Below, in pieces: positions 55,916 to 63,279 of a DNA stretch of 64,000 bases. The stretch lies in IMG/VR virus record IMGVR_UViG_3300010885_077086, positions 16,776-80,775 of that record; one strand, written 5' to 3'. The notes under the pieces are model-generated. The model was not told where the DNA came from and made no database searches. It saw only the letters and a program-made list of their open reading frames with translations. This stretch comes from a virus. The translations under genes and the position numbers were made by a program. Each line of letters begins with the position of its first letter. Within the stretch, counting starts at the first letter, position 1.

Positions 55916-56281
55916 GTCGCCAAGTTTAGCATGATAAACGAAGGTGCTAAAAATATCTTCTTCGGAAGTTTTTGATCGGTCAAATAGAAAGGTTATTCCA
56001 ATTAAGTCTGTTGTGTCTAGTGCATAACATGGCTTAATCTTAAAGTTTAGTGGTGTACCATCCTCTCTTTTAATCCAAATATTTTTAAATGAAGTTTCAT
56101 GATGAGGAGTTGTTTGATTTCTTGAAAGAAAATTCCATATTGAAAATAGAAGATCTCTTTCTCCTGGTGAAAACCAGAACTTATCGTCAGCTGACCACTC
56201 CTGACGAGAAATTATTTCTTCTAGAAAGTTAGAATAAGCCTGCATCATCACTCCTTTTTGGTTTAAAAAAACTATCGCCAA
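55895..56281 (-). CDS. Hypothetical protein
   Basis: ORF; true start probably the internal MMQAYS after AGGAG. Confidence 0.55.
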   Translation of the reverse strand: MAIVFLNQKGVMMQAYSNFLEEIISRQEWSADDKFWFSPGERDLLFSIWNFLSRNQTTPHHETSFKNIWIKREDGTPLNFKIKPCYALDTTDLIGITFLFDRSKTSEEDIFSTFVYHAKLGDLTGGLA

Positions 56282-56756
56282 CTAAATCAAAAAGCTCTCC
56301 ATCAAAATGGAGCATATCATCAAATTTTTGAATCAAAATTGGGTTTGGAAAGAACCAATCATAGCCAGATTGACCATTTATTGTAAGCTCTCCAACTTTT
56401 TTTGTTGCACCAATTGCCCCATATCTTGACGTTAAGGATATTATACCAGCTGCGGAAGATCTTGAGATACCTGCAAAACAATGCACCAAGAGAATTGTAT
56501 CTTCATCAAAGTCCTTTCCAAAGTTGTATATAGTATCGGCTATAGCTCTTGTTGGTACTTCGTTCTCATCAAGGCTATCTGCCGCAGATTGTATGGTAAC
56601 GTCATAGAAGTTTAGCCTCAGAACTTTTGAATCTAAAAATACAGAATCAAATGGAGCTTCTTTTCCTGGATCTGAAATAGATATAATGTGAGTTGGCTTT
56701 ATTTTTTTTGCCAAAGATTTTGCATCTTTTTGCGATGAGATAAAAAACTGCATCAA
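56229..56756 (-). CDS. Protein-tyrosine/dual-specificity phosphatase
   Basis: LVHCFAGISRSSA (HCxxGxSRS), F.PN. Confidence 0.88.
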   Translation of the reverse strand: MMQFFISSQKDAKSLAKKIKPTHIISISDPGKEAPFDSVFLDSKVLRLNFYDVTIQSAADSLDENEVPTRAIADTIYNFGKDFDEDTILLVHCFAGISRSSAAGIISLTSRYGAIGATKKVGELTINGQSGYDWFFPNPILIQKFDDMLHFDGELFDLVGDSFFKPKRSDDAGLF

Positions 56757-56942
56757 TTATCCTGCCAATAGGCCTTTTCCTCTTCATATACTACCTGCTG
56801 TGCAGATGGAATAGCCAGAATTGTAGCCTCATCTATCAACTCAAACTCTTCTTCTTCGCGACGATCTTCTTCAACTTCTTCATAATATTCGTTTGTCATA
56901 ATATCTCCTTACTAATTTTTATGATTATTATTTGAGGTAGAA

Positions 56943-57248
56943 ATGTCTATAGCAAAAACAATAGAAAAGACACCAATGCAATCTAAGAAATTCTTGGCCT
57001 ATCTTTTGAGCAATATAGTGAATAAGGCACTTATATTTTGGATGGTTCAAAAGGGAGTTGGGGGAACTACTATAGCTTGGACAGTAACTGCGGCTGCCTT
57101 TATTGATATTGGATATATCTTAGGGCAAGCCGCATTAGATGGTTTTGTGAGAATGGCTCATGTAAAAGGATCTTCTATTATAAAGTCAGCAAAAAATATT
57201 AAGACTGACTCCATCGAGGAAAGCGGCGACCAGCCGACTCTTCCCTAG
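56943..57248 (+). CDS. Holin-like two-TM membrane protein
   Basis: SKKF + hydrophobic helices + YILGQ; TACTAAT upstream; near a GH73 hydrolase. Confidence 0.55.
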   Translation: MSIAKTIEKTPMQSKKFLAYLLSNIVNKALIFWMVQKGVGGTTIAWTVTAAAFIDIGYILGQAALDGFVRMAHVKGSSIIKSAKNIKTDSIEESGDQPTLP

Positions 57249-57522
57249 ATTCCCATTCATCAATATCTTCTTCATCTGGATCTTCTTGGCCAAACTCTGC
57301 TGCTTGATATCTATTTAGATCTTCAATCTCTTCTTCTGAAAGCTCTTCATCTGCACCTTCAAGAAGTGACTCAATATCTTCTTCTGTTGCATATCCAACA
57401 TCAGATTCGGTATCATCAGTCTGTGATGCAACGCGCCTGATAATTACGTCTACAATATCTGACTCCTTCTTAAATCCTGCCTTATCAAGCTCTTGTGCAA
57501 TTTTTACTAAGTTTTTTAACAT
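57199..57522 (-). CDS. Small late protein: K-x-A leader + acidic tail
   Basis: MLKNLVKIAQELDKAGFKKESDIVDVIIRRVAS, then D/E-rich. Confidence 0.75.
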   Translation of the reverse strand: MLKNLVKIAQELDKAGFKKESDIVDVIIRRVASQTDDTESDVGYATEEDIESLLEGADEELSEEEIEDLNRYQAAEFGQEDPDEEDIDEWESREESAGRRFPRWSQS

Positions 57523-57565
57523 TGAAACCTCGCTTTACTAATATGAATATGATTAATAGAGTTTT

Positions 57566-58600
57566 ATGAATAAAATTATAAGAAAAAATAAACTTAACTA
57601 CCTTTTTAAGATTGCCAGCGACAATCTTATGTCAATTTGGTCTGTTTCAAGACCTCAAAGATTTTCAGAAGATGAATCTGGTCTAAATTCTTGGATTAAT
57701 GATATAAAATCAAAGATTGGAACAGATGATGAAACAATTTTGGCAGGAATATTAAGGGATGAACTTAATCCAATTGTACTATCCTCAATGGAAGATTGGC
57801 AAGATTTTTCTGTTATATTTCCAAAGGGAGAGGAAATAAGAAAGGCTTGGAAGAAAAATGGAGATAAAACATTTTTTTCTTTCTTGGATTGGACAAAAAA
57901 ATCTGGCGTATCAAACTTGCAGGCTGCATTAGATAAGATAAATAGCCTTCAGTCTAAGCCAATGGAGCCTGTGAGTATTAAGGCTCCAGCTAAGCCAGAA
58001 AATGTCCAAAATATGGTAGAGAAAAGTACCTCAAATGGTGCTAAATCTACCGGTGATACTTGGCTAATGGAAATTTCTGATGCCGTTAAGTCTATCTCTA
58101 ATGCAAATGGTATTCCAGAGGGAATTATTTTTGCACAAGGAGCATTAGAATCAAGCTATGGTAAAAATCACATTGGCGGATTTAATTATTTTGGAATGAA
58201 GGGAGAAGGCACCGCTGGCTCTATTTCTGCAAAAACAAAAGAAGAATTTAAGCCAGGAGAAATGTCAACAATAAAAGATAAGTTTAAAAGATTTAACAAC
58301 ATAGAAGAGGGCTTTCAGTCTTATGCAAATCTATTAAAACAAAGCAATAGATTCTCCTATGCAACACAAGCCTTCTCAGATGATCCTGCAAAATTTGCAA
58401 TATGGATTTGGGGCAGAGGCTATGCTACCGACTCCAAATATCCAGATAAACTTTCTTCTATTTCAAAAAATATTGCTCAAAAGCTGGGCAGACCAGATTT
58501 AGCTTGGGATTATGATGCAGAAGAAAGAAGAATTATAGATACTCTATCTTCTATGCGACCAGAAGATAGAGTATCTAAGACTGTTGAGTTATTAAAATAA
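57566..58600 (+). CDS. Glucosaminidase (GH73/FlgJ-like) peptidoglycan hydrolase with N-terminal extension
   Basis: AQGALESSYG, NYFGMKG, TKEE, FKRF, GYATD..Y..KL; TACTAAT at 57536. Confidence 0.85.
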   Translation: MNKIIRKNKLNYLFKIASDNLMSIWSVSRPQRFSEDESGLNSWINDIKSKIGTDDETILAGILRDELNPIVLSSMEDWQDFSVIFPKGEEIRKAWKKNGDKTFFSFLDWTKKSGVSNLQAALDKINSLQSKPMEPVSIKAPAKPENVQNMVEKSTSNGAKSTGDTWLMEISDAVKSISNANGIPEGIIFAQGALESSYGKNHIGGFNYFGMKGEGTAGSISAKTKEEFKPGEMSTIKDKFKRFNNIEEGFQSYANLLKQSNRFSYATQAFSDDPAKFAIWIWGRGYATDSKYPDKLSSISKNIAQKLGRPDLAWDYDAEERRIIDTLSSMRPEDRVSKTVELLK

Positions 58601-58608
58601 CTTAACTA

Positions 58609-58914
58609 CTACTCGGAGGGCTTCTTTTCTGCCTCAGCCTTCTTCTCTAGAATCTTTACTCGACCAGAACACTTGTCGGCAAGAGCGGCAATCTCTAGTG
58701 GAGGAAGCCCATCGACAAAGAAAGAGAAGAAACGACGCTTATGCTCCTCGTAAAGAGCGGCACGAGCCTTCTCAAGAGTCTCTTCAAGATCGTTGATCTT
58801 GATCGTATCTCGCAAAAGACCCTGACAAGCCTTCATCATTTCAATATCATTTGAGCTTTCAATGATGCTGCGAACTTCCTCAAAACGATTAAATGGCTTC
58901 TTTTCCTTAGACAT
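58609..58914 (-). CDS. Hypothetical coiled-coil protein
   Basis: AGGAG RBS. Confidence 0.65.
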   Translation of the reverse strand: MSKEKKPFNRFEEVRSIIESSNDIEMMKACQGLLRDTIKINDLEETLEKARAALYEEHKRRFFSFFVDGLPPLEIAALADKCSGRVKILEKKAEAEKKPSE

Positions 58915-58924
58915 TTTTTTACTC

Positions 58925-59278
58925 CTAGATTGGAATTAGAGAACGAAAAATTGGCTTATAATTCTTTTCTAAAAAATCGCCGTATTCTGGAAAATGCTTT
59001 TTTACATCAAGCAAAAAAGATCTTGGATCATTTAATGGATTTACGCTATAATATGTTCTTCCTAGGCAAGCACCATAAAAGAATCCTGTGTTTGTTGCAG
59101 AAAAATAAAAACCATATGTTTCGTATGGATAAATCTTATCAAGCTCTGGAATATCTCCAGAAAAAATTGTCAATGACGCTTGAAAAGATATTTTATCTTC
59201 TGGTTCTTTTAAAATCTTAAAGCTTGTCTGCCAGACAGATTGCCAATCAGCAGATGAAAGATAGGTTGGTTCTAACAT
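58925..59278 (-). CDS. Hypothetical protein, degenerate 'W-x-L-F-N' family member
   Basis: Starts MLEPTYL; FLLDVKKHFPEYGDFLEKN. Confidence 0.6.
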   Translation of the reverse strand: MLEPTYLSSADWQSVWQTSFKILKEPEDKISFQASLTIFSGDIPELDKIYPYETYGFYFSATNTGFFYGACLGRTYYSVNPLNDPRSFLLDVKKHFPEYGDFLEKNYKPIFRSLIPI

Positions 59279-59694
59279 TACTCCTCTAAAGGCTCCAAAT
59301 CTTCTGGCATAATTAGATCAAATCTAGATGCTTCCCATTCTTCATAGCGATATTCTACACGACACATTTCAGAGATAAGGTGTGGTAGAACTTGACGAAG
59401 GAAAAGCTCAATCTCTCCTTCATAATTCTTTAGTGAACAGCATACATGCCACTCAGTACCTCTAATTCCAGCAGAATTTGACTCTTCATCCCAATCATCT
59501 GAAAGATAGGCTATTGCACCAAAAGGAATGAATTGTCTGCGATGCATATTGAGCCAATCGGAAGAGATTGGAATGATTCCTGATACTGCACCCCAAAAGT
59601 CAGAACATTCATAGTCGTTATAAAACTTTTGGAGAACGTCTGCCACTAATGGCTTTAGCTTTGCCTTAAATCTAAGGCCGGTATACATTCCCAT
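59278..59694 (-). CDS. Conserved phage hypothetical protein
   Basis: MGMYT.L...SLKNY..EIE.FL...RYEE. Confidence 0.72.
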   Translation of the reverse strand: MGMYTGLRFKAKLKPLVADVLQKFYNDYECSDFWGAVSGIIPISSDWLNMHRRQFIPFGAIAYLSDDWDEESNSAGIRGTEWHVCCSLKNYEGEIELFLRQVLPHLISEMCRVEYRYEEWEASRFDLIMPEDLEPLEE

Positions 59695-59743
59695 TTAATC
59701 ACCTATTTTGCCGTTTATTTTAGCAGGGTCTTGACCTGCACCT

Positions 59744-59773
59744 AGAATATAAGCACAATTCAGCGGAAGTCAA
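59744..59773 (-). promoter_or_regulatory. Class-1 promoter
   Basis: TTGAC-N12-GTGCTTATATTCT. Confidence 0.8.
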
Positions 59774-60069
59774 TCCTCAGACTTAGTTTCCTCAGATGAT
59801 TCCACTTGAACCTTTGGAGGGCGACTCAGCTTCCATGTCATATGGCCAGCATCCTCAATTGAAAACCCACAACCCCTAAGAAACTCTTGATAATGAGGAA
59901 ATACTTGACCAATCAAAAAGGTAAAGTCTCTACCTTCTTTGTCCATAACATCTTCGTAATATTTTTTTGTTTCCCTAATTTCTCTTAGCCTTATATAATA
60001 TTCGGCTTTTTCCTTATCTTTCTGCTTTTGTTCTGGAGTTTTTTCTATAACCTCTTTTTCTTTAGCCAT
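59770..60069 (-). CDS. Hypothetical protein
   Basis: GGAGG RBS. Confidence 0.65.
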   Translation of the reverse strand: MAKEKEVIEKTPEQKQKDKEKAEYYIRLREIRETKKYYEDVMDKEGRDFTFLIGQVFPHYQEFLRGCGFSIEDAGHMTWKLSRPPKVQVESSEETKSED

Positions 60070-60089
60070 TTAGAGCCTCCAATTAAGCG

Positions 60090-60135
60090 GACTCCTCCCG
60101 CATCCCTAATATAAGCACGATGCGGGAGGAGTCAA
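60090..60135 (-). promoter_or_regulatory. Class-1 promoter embedded in a perfect 15-bp inverted repeat
   Basis: GACTCCTCCCGCATC (60090-60104) / GATGCGGGAGGAGTC (60119-60133); the 14-nt loop is the GTGCTTATATTAGG element. Confidence 0.85.
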
Positions 60136-60155
60136 TTAACTATCTAAACTTTATT

Positions 60156-60356
60156 TTACCTTGACAAACCACAGTAGCAAGTCTCTTCATATTTGACAGA
60201 GCCTGCTGGGCATACCTTATTGCAAGTTGGATCGTTCTTTTTTAAAAGAGATTCTCCACTCCAAAATCCAAGACCAAAGGATATTAGGCCAGCTATTACA
60301 AATAGTGACATTAATATTCTTGTTGTTTCAGAAGGTAATCTTTCATGCTGTATCAT
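60156..60356 (-). CDS. Small membrane protein with Cys-rich tail
   Basis: TM + C..VCP...C.C. Confidence 0.55.
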   Translation of the reverse strand: MIQHERLPSETTRILMSLFVIAGLISFGLGFWSGESLLKKNDPTCNKVCPAGSVKYEETCYCGLSR

Positions 60357-61336
60357 TTATATCTCTTTGATGTAGAGCCTAACCAAGTTGAAATTGACTC
60401 AGCTTGAGCATCAGTTAGCTCTTTTCCTAGCTGATGATGTGCCATCATTTTGACTGCCTCCGGAAGAGTTTTTGCAGATCCATCATGAAAGTATGGTGCA
60501 GTTAGTGCAGAGTTGCGAAGAGATGGAACTTTAAATACCATCTTATCACCCTCTAGTTTTGTTACATTAAACTTGCCAAAGTCTGTTTGATTTGGCCAAG
60601 GCACCGCAATACCAACCTTCATAAATGTTTGGCCTCCAATAAGCTGACCATTATGACATGCTCCACAGCCAGCAGAAGTAAACTCTTTAAATCCTTTCTT
60701 CTCCTCTTCTGTTAGTGCTGACTGATCTCCAGCCAAAAATGCATCCCATCTAGATGGTGTAACTAGAGTTCTTTCGTAAGCACCAATTGCAACACCTACA
60801 TTCTTAAAGGTAAGAGGATCTTTCTCACCTGGAAATGCTGACTTAAATCCTTCAATATATTTAGGATCTTCCTTCAGAACCCTAACTACAGTATCTTCAT
60901 TTGGCATACCCATTTCTCCGGCAGCGAGAATTGGGCCAAGAGCCTGTGACTCAACATCTGGTGCTCTACCATCCCAAAACTGAGCAGTATGTCCAGCTGC
61001 ATTAAATACAGTTGGAGAGTTTCGAACAGTTTGTGCTCCACGGTGACCATCTGAAAACTGCTTACCATCCACACCACCTGTCTCTAGAGTGTGACAAGAG
61101 GCACATGAAATATCAGCATCAGCTGAAAGTAATCTTTCATTGAAAAGCTTTTCTCCAAGAGAAATTAACTCTGGTGAGGCTTGCTTTCCTTCTGGAAAAA
61201 AGTTAGCTGGTAGTGCAGAAAATGCTGCCAATTCCTGTGGGGTAACTTGAGTTACCGCATCAGTAATCTGAGGATTTACTGGCTCAGAAACTTTCTCGCT
61301 GCTGGAACATGCCAGTAATGCTAATAGCGCAATCAT
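60353..61336 (-). CDS. Di-haem cytochrome c peroxidase (lipoprotein)
   Basis: MIALLALLA-C; CASCH and CGACH; RNSPTVFN, QFWDGRA, FKVPSLRN, APYFHDGS. Confidence 0.93.
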   Translation of the reverse strand: MIALLALLACSSSEKVSEPVNPQITDAVTQVTPQELAAFSALPANFFPEGKQASPELISLGEKLFNERLLSADADISCASCHTLETGGVDGKQFSDGHRGAQTVRNSPTVFNAAGHTAQFWDGRAPDVESQALGPILAAGEMGMPNEDTVVRVLKEDPKYIEGFKSAFPGEKDPLTFKNVGVAIGAYERTLVTPSRWDAFLAGDQSALTEEEKKGFKEFTSAGCGACHNGQLIGGQTFMKVGIAVPWPNQTDFGKFNVTKLEGDKMVFKVPSLRNSALTAPYFHDGSAKTLPEAVKMMAHHQLGKELTDAQAESISTWLGSTSKRYK

Positions 61337-61345
61337 TTTTTCTCC

Positions 61346-63238
61346 TTATTTTCTATTTAAAATTCGACCTGAACTAAAATCTGAACAAAACTCTCGTTCT
61401 TTTGATGAAACTGGATCATGTGTAAGATTTGGAAGCTCCTCAGCACCAAGCATAATTGAATTTGCTGCTTCTACAGCCTCTTTATCTGCGTTATTTGTAA
61501 CTGCATCAAAAAGACTATCTACATAAATCTTACGCTGAGTTATAAAATACTCAACAACCTTTTTATTGCTAAGATCTCCAGAGTCACGCTCTCTTTGGTG
61601 ACGAGAAGCAACTAGTGACATTACGGCAAGTTCTGCTCCAATGTCAACTAATCTACCAAGAATTCCCTGTCGCATTTCAAGCTTTGGACCCTTGAGCAAC
61701 ATCTGATGAAATAGAGTTCTTGCTAGACGGCGTGTTTTACCATCAATCCAGCTTAGATGATCTCTTAGGTCATAGTCAAAGTCAGAAAATGCTCTAAATG
61801 CTCCGCCAACAAGTGTCTTTAGATACCAAGCTGGATAAATAAGAGCGCACTTTCCAACAACATTTAGCTTATCCCAAAGACTTCCCTTTCGGAAAAGACC
61901 TCCAGCATTTCTAAGGTGACCATCGAGAGCTTCTCTTGCCAAGAAAAGATGCATAATGTCGGTGGTTCCCTCAACAATTCTGTTGATTCTGGTATCTCTT
62001 AGTGCTCGCTCCATTGGAAAGCCAACCTCTCCTCTTGCATTAAGAGAAGCCTCTGTCTCAAAGCCTCTTCCTGCACGAAGCTGAAGAGCGGTATCTGTTA
62101 ACTCCCAAGATCTCTCAGAATTCCACATTTTAGCGGCTGCTGCTTCCATTCTAATGTCAACATCGTGACGATCTGACATGGCTGCACCATAAAGAGCAAA
62201 GGTTTCCATAGCATAAGAAAGTGCTCCAATGTCTGCTAGCTTCTGAGCACCAGCTTCATGGCGACCAATTTCTTTGCCCCACTGAGATCTGGTCTTTGCC
62301 CAAGAAGCGGAGAATTTAAGAATGTCCTTTGAGGTAAAGGCAGCAACAGCTGGAATTCCAAGGCGGCCATCATTTAGTGTGGTAAGAGCCAACTTAAGAC
62401 CCTTTCCCTCACCAAGAATGACGTTTTCAGCTGGAATCTTAACTCCATTGAATCGGATCAACCCATTCTCAATGGCTCTAATTCCAAGAAATCTGCAACG
62501 ATGTACTACCTCCACTCCTTCCCACTTTGCCTCTACAACAAAGGCAGTAATTCCCTTCTTACCTTCGGCAGATACTGTTCTTGCCATAACGACATAAAGA
62601 TCGGCAAGAGTACCATTAGTACACCAAAGCTTCTCTCCTGTCAATACCCAACTTCCATCCTCCTGCTTTACGGCAGTAGTGCTCATGTTTGCTGGGTCAG
62701 AACCTGCTCCCGGCTCAGTTAGAGCAAAAGCAGTCAGTTCTCCAGCGGCAATACGAGGAAGATATTTCTTTTTCTGCTCTTCTGTTCCAAAAAGCTTTAG
62801 TGGCTGAGGAACACCGATTGACTGATGAGCAGAAAGAGTGGCGGCAGTAGATCCGCAGTATCCCGCTACAGTGCCGATAATTCTCATATAGTTGGTCTGA
62901 GACATACCAAGACCACCGTACTCCTTTGGAATCTTAATTCCAAAGAGTCCAAGCTCAGCAAGACCCTTCCAAACATGAGCTGGTATCTCTTGGGCCTTAT
63001 CAATGGCATCACCATCGAGATTCTTATCTGCCCAAGCCTTTACCTTTTCGATTACTTCATCGCCAGCCTTTTCATCATCTTTTGGCTGAAGAGGAAAAGG
63101 GTAAGCCAAAGAAAGATCTAAATCTCCCATAAACATTGAGGCCATAAATGACTTGGACTTCCAATCCATTTCGCGGCTTTCTTCTGCTACTTGAATTGAC
63201 TTTGCCTCATCTTGAGTGCGATTTTTATTCTCTATCAT
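61346..63238 (-). CDS. Acyl-CoA dehydrogenase (long, FadE10/VLCAD-like)
   Basis: AHQSIG, AFALTEPGAGSD, GEKLWCTNG, RD.RINRIVEGT. Confidence 0.93.
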   Translation of the reverse strand: MIENKNRTQDEAKSIQVAEESREMDWKSKSFMASMFMGDLDLSLAYPFPLQPKDDEKAGDEVIEKVKAWADKNLDGDAIDKAQEIPAHVWKGLAELGLFGIKIPKEYGGLGMSQTNYMRIIGTVAGYCGSTAATLSAHQSIGVPQPLKLFGTEEQKKKYLPRIAAGELTAFALTEPGAGSDPANMSTTAVKQEDGSWVLTGEKLWCTNGTLADLYVVMARTVSAEGKKGITAFVVEAKWEGVEVVHRCRFLGIRAIENGLIRFNGVKIPAENVILGEGKGLKLALTTLNDGRLGIPAVAAFTSKDILKFSASWAKTRSQWGKEIGRHEAGAQKLADIGALSYAMETFALYGAAMSDRHDVDIRMEAAAAKMWNSERSWELTDTALQLRAGRGFETEASLNARGEVGFPMERALRDTRINRIVEGTTDIMHLFLAREALDGHLRNAGGLFRKGSLWDKLNVVGKCALIYPAWYLKTLVGGAFRAFSDFDYDLRDHLSWIDGKTRRLARTLFHQMLLKGPKLEMRQGILGRLVDIGAELAVMSLVASRHQRERDSGDLSNKKVVEYFITQRKIYVDSLFDAVTNNADKEAVEAANSIMLGAEELPNLTHDPVSSKEREFCSDFSSGRILNRK

Positions 63239-63279
63239 TTTTCTCCTTATTTATTGGACAAATTATAGCTGCAATTACT

